From: Octopus sinensis
Lineage: Eukaryota
Assembly (NCBI RefSeq): GCF_006345805.1
Contig: NC_043009.1
Coordinates: 15,562,001-15,626,000 of the forward strand
Direction of reading: 5' to 3'
DNA length: 64,000 nt
A program made the translations under genes and the position numbers. This document shows, piece by piece, positions 29,800-41,934 of this stretch (the first letter of the stretch is position 1; every line of letters starts with the position of its first letter). The notes beneath the pieces were generated by a model. The model was not told where the DNA came from. It did no database searches and saw nothing but the letters and a program-made list of their open reading frames with translations.

Positions 29800-30350
29800 A
29801 CACACACACACGCACGCACACACACACACACGCATAAAACCCCACTTATATATTCCAATAATTCTCATGACGCATACGAAGGTAGCTACTAATTGAGGCT
29901 GGTTGAGATATTAGCAAAATCTGATCACAATTGTTTCAACCATCTTGAGATATTTGGAAATTATTAGAAACATCAAACGACTGCGCTGTATGCATGTAAA
30001 TTTATAGATGATAAGAATATGCATGAATTTCTGTGCTAATGCATTGTTATCAATTAATAGATAACCTATTGGATGCTAATAGAACTAATTTCATATACAC
30101 ATGCACACCCACACACATATATGTCACCAAAGCCCTTTCTGTTATTGTCACCTTGCTGCATCCCCTACAGCATCTACATAGATCAAATTTGGCAAACAGG
30201 AAATGTGTTTGTAACCCAACTCAGCGATCAGACACACCAGCTAGATATTCATAGCAGCTTAAAACTTATTCAGTATGTGCTATCTATTATATTCCTCTGA
30301 AACATTCCCACTTGGTCATCCGGTATCTTCGTTATCGATAAGGTGCTTAA
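29800..30350 (+). repeat. Direct duplication, copy 1 (copy 2 at ~33520-34100)
   Basis: Near-identical unique-looking sequence, e.g. ORFs 30033-30254 and 33770-33979. Confidence 0.93.
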
Positions 30351-30475
30351 ATTACATGTGTGTATGTTTGTATGTATGCATTATGTGTGTATGCCGGCAT
30401 GCATGTATGTATGTATGTATGCTTGCATACATGTATGCATGCATGTACGTATGTATGCATATATGTATGTGTATA

Positions 30476-30693
30476 TACGAAAGAATGATGAAAAGTTCTT
30501 GGTTTCAAGGGTATCGTGAAAGCGTATTGGTGTAACATCCTTCCGAGTTCTTTAAGATGGCTCAAGAAACTGAAGGATCGCTACAATAAGTGTGTGAATC
30601 TGAGAAGGCAATATGTTGATTAAAATCAGAATAAAATGATCATCCTGTCTTTTCTTTTACTCAAGGCCAGTAACTTTTCAACAACCCCTCGTA
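30476..30693 (+). mobile_element. Mariner-derived MITE / internal deletion derivative
   Basis: Imperfect TIRs tacgaaagaatgatgaaaagttcttgg / ccagtaacttttcaacaacccctcgta; transposase C-terminus KKLKDRYNKCVNLRRQYVD*. Confidence 0.8.
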
Positions 30694-30738
<45 letters not shown>

Positions 30739-31094
30739 GCATATATATTTACATACATAACTACATTCATACATACTTACATACATACATACACACATAC
30801 ATACATATATACATACATACATACATACATCCTAGAAGCGTATACCTTCGTTGCCGAGCAATTTTCACAATAAAATGCTTTAGCGGACTTTCGGAACAGC
30901 CCATCCACATAAGTTGGATTTTCTCCGGGGACTTAATCCAATTTATTTTTCACCACACTCTTGCAATTTATGGGACGAGGCTTTTTATGATAATAAATTG
31001 TTAAAAATATATTATTCCACCACTACCAGAAAAGTTTTTTACCAGAAAAATATTTGAAAATTTTGGGGTTGATGACAATAATAAAAATACACTG

Positions 31095-31327
31095 AAATTT
31101 GGGGGATTATATCGACCCCAGTGCGTAACATATATCGACCCAAGTGCGTAACTTATATTGACCCCGGTGCGTACTTATTTCATCGAATCCCGAGAGGATG
31201 AAAGGCAAAGTTGGCCTCGGTGTAATTCGAATTCAGAACGTAGCGGCAGACGAAATACCGGTAAGCATTTAGCTTGGCTTGCTGAAGATTATACTAGCTC
31301 ACCGCCTTAATAATAATAATACTAATA

Positions 31328-31403
<76 letters not shown>

Positions 31404-31665
31404 CAACAACAACAACAACAACAATAATAATAATAACAACAACAACAACAACAATAATAATGATAATAATAATAATAATACTATAGGCACAAGGCATGAA
31501 ATTTTGGGGAATGGGCAGTCAATTATATCGACCAAGTACGCAACTGTTACTTAATTTATCGACCCCGAAAGGATAAAAATAAAAGGACCTCGGCGGAATT
31601 TGAACTCAGAATGTAAAGACAGACAAAATGCCGCTAAGCATGTTGCCCTGGTAGCTCGCCGCCTT
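31095..31665 (-). mobile_element. Two family A SINEs separated by (AAT/AAC)n at 31308-31480
   Basis: Both end in agctc(a/g)ccgcc on +; the first has a triplicated tatcgaccc.agtgcgta motif. Confidence 0.85.
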
Positions 31666-31689
31666 AATAATGATAATACCTGCAGCGAG

Positions 31690-33052
31690 TAAGAAAAATA
31701 TTGGTTTGAAAGTTAAATGTTAGAAACATAATTTTGGCTATAAATTCACGCGCGGTCACAGCATCCTGAAGTGGACAGAGGAGGAGATAAAAGAGATGGA
31801 CAGGAAATCAAGAAAGTGCTAACAAAGCATAGCGCCCATCATCAACGGAGACAATAATCGCCCATACATGAAGAGAGCAACTGGAGAAAGAGTTATCATA
31901 AGTGTGGAAGACTGCGTGCGTATCGAACTCGAGAGCCTAATGAGATATCTAGCCTAAAGTGAGGAATCTTTGCTAGTGACAGTTAGGAACAAGGGAGTAT
32001 TGAAAGCAGAGAAAAAAGAAGGAAAAATAAAGGAAGAAATAAGAAAATGACATGAAGAAAAAAAAACAAGAAGAGACTACACAATCAATTCCATGTAGCC
32101 ACAACAGAAGTTGCTAAAAAAATCGGTGGGTTGGCTGCTGAAAGGAGCCCTAAAGAAAGAAACCGAGGGCATTATAATGGCAGTGCAGGGCACAGCACTG
32201 GTCAATGACTGGAGGGTCAACTTGAGGAATGAGCAAATGTCTTCGCTGTGCCACATCTACAATATAGTGGATGAAACTATTGCCCATATCACGAACGAAT
32301 GCCCTAGACTTGTCCAAAATCACTACAAGTTGAGGCGATACGACCAGGTAGCGAAAGTGCTACACTGGAAACTGTGCAAAAAGTGGGGGAGGGGCTAGAG
32401 AGAGAAGCATGACATGCTATGAGGACAAACCGCTAAATGAATACTACTAAGCATTTCACCGGCATGCTACACATTCTTCCAGGTCCCTGCCGACGCCATG
32501 ACAGTATAGGAAGGCTTTCCATTGGACACTTTGCAAAATGTGTGAACTTGAGAGAGCAAAAAAGCGGTATGAACATAAGCCCGAAGGCATCATCGAAAAT
32601 AATAATGCGAAGAGCCTATGACATTTTATGATTCAGTGTGGCCATGAGATAGAGAATAGGAAGCCAGACATAGTACTAAGTGAGAAAGAATGCAAACGAT
32701 GCTGTATTCATAGATGTAGCATGTCAAGCTGACAATAACGTATTCGATAAGGAAGAAAGAAAAGTCGATAGATATGCCTGGTTAGCTTGGGAGGTTAAGC
32801 AGTTTTGGTCGATGAAAAACTTGGTAGTTGTATCAATAATTGTCGGAGCCCTGGGAACAGTAAGTAAAAATATTGAGATGTATATGGAACACATAGGGGA
32901 ACAGATAAGGATGGAGCACTTGCACTACTTGGAACCGCTCGAATACTCCGGATAGTACTCGAAAAATAAGGGATGTTTCCTTAGTTCACTGGTAGTGAAT
33001 AGCTGACACTGTAGCAAATCTCCAGCGTTAGAAGCTGTGCAAAGAAATAAAA
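31690..33052 (+). mobile_element. Dong/R4-like LINE 3' region: two joined pieces with a SINE scrap near 32440-32480
   Basis: WTEEEIKEMDRK, LKKETEGIIMAVQ, CHIYNIVDETIAHITNECP..RYDQVAKVLHW, NRKPDIV, FIDVAC, IIVGALGTV; followed by (ACT)n/(AAT)n to 33223. Confidence 0.9.
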
Positions 33053-33118
33053 TACTACTACTACTACTTCTACTACTACTACTACTACTACAACCACTAC
33101 TACTACTACTACTACTAC

Positions 33119-33204
<86 letters not shown>

Positions 33205-33519
33205 TAATAATAATAATAATAATTCCAAAAGAACATTGTGGGCGTGCTTCGACAAGCTTCTTGTGAGATAACATTTGATCTGAGACCATGGCTAAACTGC
33301 ACTTCAGAAACCTCACTATTATTTCTTCATTATTGATAAGAAATCTATTATTGATACCATTCACACACGCATACATACAAAATTCCAAAGTATTAGCGAA
33401 TTTCTTTTCCTATGAGCCAGTAATTTAATCATTTTAACCTCTCATATCGTCAACACACTGAGTACATTTGTTTCCTTTTTTGTTTCCTCACGATGTCACT
33501 AGAATACACATACACAAAC

Positions 33520-34100
33520 ACTTACGTACACACACACACGTGCGTACGCACGCTTGAAAACACACCTACGCTCACGTATACACATATTTCAGTAATACTT
33601 ATAGCACATACTGATGAAGTAGGTACTGATTGAGGCTGGTTCAGATATTAGCAAAATCTGATTACAATTGTTTCAACAATCTTGATATATTTAGAAATTA
33701 TTAGAAACATCAAATGACTGCGCTGTATGCATGTAAATTTATAGATGATAGGAATATGCATGAGTTTCTGTGCTAATGCATCGTTATCAATTAATAGATA
33801 ACCTATTGGATGCTAATAGAACTAATTTCATATATACATGCACACCCACACACATATATGTCACCAAAGCCCTTTCTGTTATTATCACCTTGTTGCATCC
33901 CCATCAGCACCTTCATAGATCAAATTTTGCAAACAGGAAATGCGTTTGTAACCCAACTCAACAATTACACACCAGCTAGATATTCATAGCAGCTTAAAAC
34001 TTATTCAAGATGTGTTATCTATTATATTCGTTTGAATTATTTCGACGGTGTCAACCGGCATCTTCAGTAATCACTAATCGTTACCGATAACGTGCCTGAA
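33520..34100 (+). repeat. Direct duplication, copy 2
   Basis: See 29800-30350. Confidence 0.93.
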
Positions 34101-34354
34101 CTTCATGTATGTATGTTTGTATGTATGTATGTATGTATGTATGTATCTATGTAGGTAGGTAGGTAGGTAGGTAGGTAGGTAGGCAGGCAGACATTGTAGA
34201 TCTTTAGCTCGGTTAAAAAGTCATATTCGATCACAGCACCAATAACAGTTAAGCTTCGTGCAATGGCCATACTCGATAACGAGGAGGCAGTCATCATCAT
34301 GTATGTATGTATGTATAAATGTATGTATGTATGTATGTCTTTTATTTTTTAATT

Positions 34355-35170
34355 ATTTGAAATCTTCCACTGAGGATGGAGTCAGTTTCTAACAAAGGTA
34401 CAAGGCTCCCTCTTTGGGATGTAGCTAACACAGACAAATTTACATTTGGAACTTGAGAAAAGTCTTGTATATTTTCACTGTTCCACTCACAGATTGGAAT
34501 TGGAATCTAGTAATCAGCCGCTCAGTTTATCTTTCTGAAATCCCAGTTTATCCAGCTTGTCTTTTAAGCATTTACTGACAAAACCTAGAGCTCCATTTAT
34601 TATTGGTATGAATATGAATCCATAGTCTGCATGTAGAAGCTGGAGGTTTCGAAGCAGTTGTCCATAGATATCCCTTTTGCATTGATTTTTAAAGATATAT
34701 TTATACGTACATGGCCGCTAACCTCTATGATGGTACATACCTTTGCCCCTCTGTTCCAAATAGTAACCGGCCTGCTATGCTTACAATTTACTGAGTCTTT
34801 GATGGGAATATTCCACCAGTATTCCTTGAGTTGGTGTTTATACCTACACTATTAGAAACAATTATTCTATTCCCGGTTGTAAGGGTAAGATTTGTTGTTC
34901 ATGTCTCTGTGAGTCTCTCTATATCAGCAATTAAGATAGTAGGTACCTTTGCACTTCAACAGCCATGGATAAGGGATAGAGTCGAATGCCTTCCTATAGT
35001 GAAGCCATACTCTCACAAGGTTTCTGCGTTGTTTTCTTCCTTCAGACAGTACAGTTTTGCTTATTAAAAGTTGTTCGGCACATCCCCACATTCCCTTCTT
35101 TTCAGCAGCCGACTCTATAAATACCAGCGGTCTGTCAACGGAGATCTTAGTCCACACAGCATCAAGGTAC
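34355..35170 (-). mobile_element. REL-LINE remnant, RT piece joined to endonuclease/3' end
   Basis: GMWGCAEQLLISK..VWLHYRKAFDSIPYPWL; KHSRP..CTIIEVS; FIPIINGALGFV. Confidence 0.82.
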
Positions 35171-36054
35171 AATATAATATATATGTAACATATGGCATTG
35201 TTTTTATTAATTTCTCTTAAACATTTTCCAAATTATTAAATTACTCTTATTATAGACGTTTATCTTGATGCATTGTACGTATATGTACATGATACTATTC
35301 ATGAAAATATTTGAAATAATCTAGCTCTAAACGAATGGAGAATTTGATATATCTCACGCTAAGTATGTGCAAATCTGCGTATAATGCACAAAGAACATAA
35401 AAAAGACATCTCTGAAAATTACGTGTTGAATACAATGTAGATTGACCAGTCAGTTAACAATCGAATGAATAACACCCACATGTTATATATAAATATTTCA
35501 TATCCATGCATGAATGTATATATGAGTGAATGTAAGTATGTATTTAGAGGTGTGCTTTCATTCGTCATCTGAGGTAGTACGTTTGCTAAGTTCTCTCTAT
35601 TTGCAATGCTGTCATATCGCAGTTTATTTGGTATTTACGTTTCGTTAAAAGTCTCCATTCGTTGAATAGGATGGTATGCTAGAAAAGATTGCATTTAAGC
35701 ATTATAGATTGGCATTGTCAACCAAATACTAAGTAAATGGTGAATTGTTCAGGAAAGTTGTTTCAATAATTGCATTAAGTAGAATATTTCATTTGTGTTA
35801 AAAGTGATAAAATTACGTAATTTAGTTAATTTAAAATCAAAATGGCGTAATAAAAAGTAATTCGATTGTAACGAGTTGGAGCAATTTTCGCGTAATACTT
35901 ATCGTAGGTTAGATCGATCAAAGAATATTGACCATAAGAGGTGAAGCTATTATTCAAATAAGTGAGATGAGATAAGGAATAAAAATTAATAGTACAAATA
36001 TTTCGTCCAATATCTCACTGACTTTTCTTCCACATATATGTGTATGTATGTATA

Positions 36055-36245
36055 TGCTTAGCGGTATTTCGTCTGTCGTTACGCTCGGAGTTCAAATTCC
36101 GCCGAGGTCGACTTTGCCTTTCATCCTTTCGGGGTCGATAAAAAAAGTACCAGTTTCGTACTGGGGTCGATATAATCGACTTAATCCCCTTGTCTGTCCT
36201 TGTTTGTCCCCTCTATGTTTAGCCCTTGTGGGCAATAAAGAAATA
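36055..36245 (+). mobile_element. SINE family A, 5'-truncated
   Basis: tgcttagcggtatttcgtctg..gccgaggtcgactttgcctttcatcctttcggggtcgat..cccttgtgggcaataaagaaat. Confidence 0.9.
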
Positions 36246-36574
36246 TATATGTTATGTATGTTTGTATGTATACATATATATATAATTACATGTGTGTGAT
36301 TGTCTGTGTATCTGTGTCTGAATCTGTGTTGTATATGTGCGTAAGCTTGAGAGTGTGTGCATGTTTGAGTGTTTATGTGTATATATTTTCATGATAGTGT
36401 TGTGCATTCGGAGCTTACTTGAATATATATGTGCAATTATCATGAAAAAAATCTGTATTTAAAATATTTATGAATTTGAAGATGAAATTCCTCTTAATTT
36501 TATATGCACATTTCTAAAGGAGGACCATATCTCGTGCAGTCACACCTGATATACATTCCTAATTTTAATGAGCT

Positions 36575-37536
36575 ATGATGGTCATGCTGTGTGCTTCTGG
36601 ATGGAAGAACCACACCTGGTTCAAGGGACGTAACAACATCCTCTTCTAGAAAACTGGGCTTAGCCTCGAGATCTGCTTATGAAACTCAAAATTACAGTTA
36701 TCTAAAATACTTTTAATTATTTGATAATAACTTTTAAAGAGGGACCTAGAAACCGGCATTCGCATCACCATCTGTGGTAGTGGAATTCGAAAACCATTAA
36801 ATTAAGAACAGTCTCTACATTGCTAATATGTAATTTTGAGGCTATAAATGGCAACAAAATGCGAAAGCCCAGGTAAGCTTTGATGAAAGATAAGACAAAA
36901 TAGAAGTAACAAGAGAGTGTTAGTGTAGTCTGTAAACATGACTTGGCATCGAGATCAGTAAGAGTTGGTGAGGTATCCATATTAAGAGCCTATAGTGCAG
37001 GGTTGAAATGTAACAGGAGATGATCACTGTGTAAAAGTGATAGGATTTACTTTACATGAGCAACCGATACACTGACAACATACACTTAGGTGACCACTGT
37101 CCTTGAGAGAACACTGGAATATTGACCAGCGAAAGTTCTCCTTCTTTGTGCTATTGGTCCCCTCTTGCCTATCTAATCCCAAATTATCATAAAATCTATA
37201 CAAAAGAAGTCTCATACGCAGAGAACATTGACCAGGTAAAGTAGGACATTGGAAGTAGGGAAATGGAAATAGAACAGAGATATAGTCCTAACCGGATCAA
37301 AGTTGTAGACCCTACAGAAGATAAGGTGAAGAAGCAACATCAGATTTCTTACGCAAGTTGATATGTTTCATAATGCACACTCAGTTTGGAAATGAATTTC
37401 TACATTGCATCAAGCTTCTGACTCTGTGGAACAAGCAGATCTCGAGGCTAAGCCCAGTTTTCTAGAAGAGGATGTTGTTACGTCCCTTGAACCAGGTGTG
37501 GTTCTTCCATCCAGAAGCACACAGCATGACCATCAT
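36575..37536. repeat. Perfect 104-bp inverted repeat (36575-36678 / 37433-37536) with a 754-bp spacer
   Basis: Base-by-base reverse-complement match. Confidence 0.93.
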
Positions 37537-37735
37537 GGCGCAACTCATAGTGCCCTGGGTGGATTGATACATAAACTAAATCCGAATCTGTATTGAAATC
37601 TGCTACAGCTGTTTTCTAGGAAATCACCTTTTCTTTTTCTTTTTTCCTTGGGTGAAGTTTAGCATCCGAAAATTCCCATCTCGAGCAGAACTTTGTTGTG
37701 GTTGAAAAGGGAAGTTATATAAACATATATATATG

Positions 37736-38011
37736 TGGAGGCACAGTGGCCCAGTAGTTAGAGCAGCGGATTCGCGGTTGTAGGGTCGCGGTTTCGATTC
37801 CCAGACCGGGTGTTGTGAATGTTTATTGAGTGACAACACCTAAATCTTCACGAAGTTCCGGCAGGGGGGGATGGCGATCCCTGTTGTAATCTTTCACCAC
37901 AAAATTCTCTCACTCTTCCTGTTTCTGCTGTACCTGTATTTCAAAGAGCCAGCCTTGTCACACACTGTGTCACGCTGAATCTCACCGAGAACTACGTTAA
38001 GGTTACACGTG

Positions 38012-38012
<1 letters not shown>
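37736..38012 (+). mobile_element. SINE family C
   Basis: tRNA-like head ggaggcacagtggcccagtagttagagcag..gtttcgattccc; body homologous to 3371-3664 with a different 3' part. Confidence 0.85.
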
Positions 38013-38076
<64 letters not shown>

Positions 38077-38078
<2 letters not shown>

Positions 38079-38198
38079 CGTGGCTGTATTGTAAGAAGTT
38101 CCGGGTTCAGTCCCACTGCCTGGCTCCTTGGACGAGTGTCTTCTACTATAGCGTCGGGCCGACCAAAGCCTTCTAAGTGGAAATAAGAGAAGCCCATC

Positions 38199-38245
<47 letters not shown>

Positions 38246-38300
38246 TGTATATTTGCTTGCCTGTCTGTGTACCATCGCGAACGTAGCGGTTCGGCCGTAG
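38077..38300 (+). mobile_element. SINE family B, partial
   Basis: gttccgggttcagtcccactgc..ccttggacgagtgtcttctactatagc..ggccgaccaaagcc. Confidence 0.8.
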
Positions 38301-39099
38301 AGTACATGGGTATGTATCGATATCTACAAATAGAAGGAGAGAGAGAGAGAGAGATGTTTGTGTATTGGAGAATTTGTATGTTTGCCCAAGGTGTTTTTCA
38401 ACCGATGAAAAAACATTTCGTTTTAATATAGGAAAGCTTCACTATTTTGAAGGTGATGCAGAGATTGTGAGCTGCAGCTGATGATTGAATCTATAATCAT
38501 GAATGTTTTATTTTATTGGCGGCACAAAGCAGAAAAATAAGTTTATAAATTGGTAAACAAATCCAATGATAGGTGCGGGAAATTGTGTAGATGAAGAAAT
38601 ATAAGAAATGACCATATTAAAGTGTCATAAATACACACACAGACACAACGCACGCCCTCGTGCTTACATACACATACACACTGACACTCACTCACACATG
38701 ATTATATAAAAGTTAGTAAATCTAAGTGACAATAAAAATGACGTTAGTAAATAAATCATAAAGAACACTACAAATCGATAAAAATATTTAAGTAAATGAA
38801 TGAAATAGATGAGTGCTTGATTGACACTTATGTACACACGTGTGTGCAAAGTGAGACTAGTTTTCATTTATATCTGTATTTAAATTTCATTAATTATACG
38901 CTTTATAATTGAATGGAAATATATTTTAACATTAAACCAATTTTTTTTTTTGAGAAACTTATAAATTGAAATTACTAGTAATTAGTCTTTTAATACGGCG
39001 TATATTTGTAAAAAACTACCATACACACCTACGAACGTATATAAGTCACAAACACATATTCAGCCATGTTCCTACATAGACACACATACACATGTATAT

Positions 39100-39199
<100 letters not shown>

Positions 39200-40906
39200 C
39201 ATGAAAACATATTGCAGTAGCACTCCCGCTCATTTTAAGCATATGAATATATCAAATATTTTTTTCCCAAAAATGTGCTAGTGTAACTAGTACATTTAGC
39301 TAATAGATTTATGATCTCAGGTGATTTTTACACTCGGTTGGCTAATGACTTGGATTTATTTATATATGCAGGTGATAATGTGTATTATATATTAGTGAGA
39401 TACTATTTCTTTGTTGTATAGCAGCGGAGACTGATGTAATGCTTGTTCAATGTATATATTATTCTAATTACACAAATGAGTTTAATCCTCCCCAAAGCTA
39501 CTTATTTCACTCTAGTATTCTCACGGTCATACATACACGCCAAATATCTACAATCTGTGTTTTCACGAAAACAACAAGTCTAACTACTTGGTCTCTGCCC
39601 TTTCGCCCGCTTTCTTCTATTGCATTTTCCTAGTAATTCCCTACGAAGCAGCCACTTTTGCTACACATTTGGAGATGCAAATTAATCTATATATTAGCTT
39701 GTCTCATTTTAACGGAATGTCGAAACTGACTTGATAAAATGACCTAGCACACTAAAGTGGTGTGACAGCTATTGAATAATTGTGCACAGAAGAATAAGAC
39801 GGTGCCACATAGAAAGATAAAAAAGAAAAGATAAATTCTTGTATATGGTGGACATGATTTTAATTTCCGCAACGCATTCCAAACCAAATCTTTGGCCACA
39901 ATGCCACAATATCAACACAATAGGTCACAACTTTACTTACATCACCTTGATCATTTTCCCATCATCCACAAATTGTATTGAATACGTTTTCTTATGTCTT
40001 CAGTACATCCATTTCGACAAACCTCTCTGATATTTGCTATTTTATTAAACATAGGATACGGATATATTTTTACATATGTATGAATTCTATGAATATTTCC
40101 ATGTATACATGCAACGCATTAAATTATATAGAACGAGTGAAAGCATATAACTTGAAAGATTTCTGTATAATTTCTAACGACAAATTCAACACCATTAAAT
40201 GCCTTCATGATACTTATGCTTAAAACATTTTTCTAATTTGACATCCATTTACTCTTTCCTCTTTCATATGTAATGTTTTAATATCTTCAATGCATGGATA
40301 TAAGACATAATGTTATAAAACAGAAAAATATGTTGGCGAAAGTGTAGTCCAGATATTAAATGCAATACGTTTTATTTCATTTTACATTTAATTAATTCAC
40401 ATATTATGGATCCCATTGATAATAAAACATTAAAATGAACACATAATATTTATTACTACTGTGTAAATATATGCTGCAGCATAAATAGAAATATGTGCAC
40501 AGAATATCGATGTGTAAATCAAGCTTACATATCATATAGGTTTTAATATACATCTGCCTTTGAATCGGACGTGGTTGTTGGCATCTATTCTATTTCAATG
40601 AAGTTCAAATACCTATACAAATACTTTGTATATAAAATGAAATAAAATACTTTTATAAACAAGCAAAGAAGCACATACAAATGTTTACACATATGTGCAT
40701 ACATATCTATAAATACATGCACACACTCTTCTACAGAATATCTGTAGAAAAAAAAGGTAATGATAAGCACAAGATGCAATATATATCATTTATTTCCGAC
40801 CCACTGTTTTGATGGAATCCGAACACACCCGTGAAAGGATAAATGAACGGTTTTGAAACGCATAAGTACGCATAAGTACTGGAGATATCACAAGAGTCGC
40901 GTAGCC

Positions 40907-41916
40907 CTCATCTCTTTGGTTAGTTGTTCGGGTTAATAACTGTTGAACTGTTATTTTTGTGTGTTTAAAAACACCTTGTTTTGCTGTCTTTCGGCAGTGT
41001 TGTTGACACTCTCCCCCTTGTTTGAAGTGGGAAGCGCTGTATTGTTTGTGTCTTCATAATGGAATACGAAAATTTGAGTTCTTCAGACTTAACGTCGTCG
41101 GAAGAGGAGCTGCTAAGTGCAATAGAGGCCTTTGAGGGGAAAATAGAAAAAGAAAGAAAAAAGATTTTGTGGCTGTGATCAGAGGCAACAGTGAAGAAAT
41201 AAGCGTTGAGAGGAGAGACCTGAAGAAGTTCTAGGAAAAGTTACAAATGGAGGGGTAAGAGGTTACGGTGACCCCTCTCAACAAATTACAAAGACAACCA
41301 AAGAATAAATAATTTACAGAACATACTATATAAAATTGAAGAAGATAGAAATAACGGGTATGAGCAAAAAGGGCACGAAAAAACGTACCCCAAAGCCTAC
41401 AACTTGAAGCACAGGGAGAAAGCTAGTATACAGCAGGAGATAATGGAAGAGAAGAAGAGGCAGGGGAGACAGAGAAAGACTCACCGTCTACTTCAACGAC
41501 TACAGAGTGGAGGGAGAAGCAGGAGGAAGAGATGGTGGAAGGAAAGAGGAAGAAGCACTTCTACAGAGGTAAGTAGCGGTGAATGGCAGTTTGCGGGAAG
41601 GAAGAGAAAAAAAAGAAAATTACTCGTTCTCTCCCTCCCACAAACAAAAAAATACCAAAACTTACAAGATGTTCAAACAAGGACACACATGAACATTTAA
41701 CAACAGAAAGAAACGAAAAAATTAAAAATGAAGAAAACACAAAATAAAAAACTGTTGCCCCGCCGCCTACGCAAAATCATTGAGCACGTTTCGTCCTTTT
41801 CATTTATTAACCATAAATTTTCTCATACAATTTTTATTTTATTTTTTTCGGCTCCACTTGTAATGGCCTGTATCGTCCCCTCTTTGTGTAGTCCCTTGTG
41901 GATAATAAAAAGAATC
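40907..41916 (+). mobile_element. ORF1-only (HAL1-like) retroelement, copy 1, heavily deleted
   Basis: 5' UTR hairpin and MEYENLSSSDLTSSEEELL (ATG 41059) homologous to copy 2; 3' UTR ends cccttgtggataataaaaag. Confidence 0.7.
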
Positions 41917-41934
41917 AAAGAGCGTCGTACGCCC

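Noticed and set aside
31105-31175. Three ~21-bp direct repeats suggestive of CRISPR
   Set aside because: No spacers; slippage inside a SINE in eukaryotic DNA
37736-37810. tRNA-like sequence with A and B boxes
   Set aside because: It is the head of a dispersed SINE and runs on into the repeat body; no proper cloverleaf
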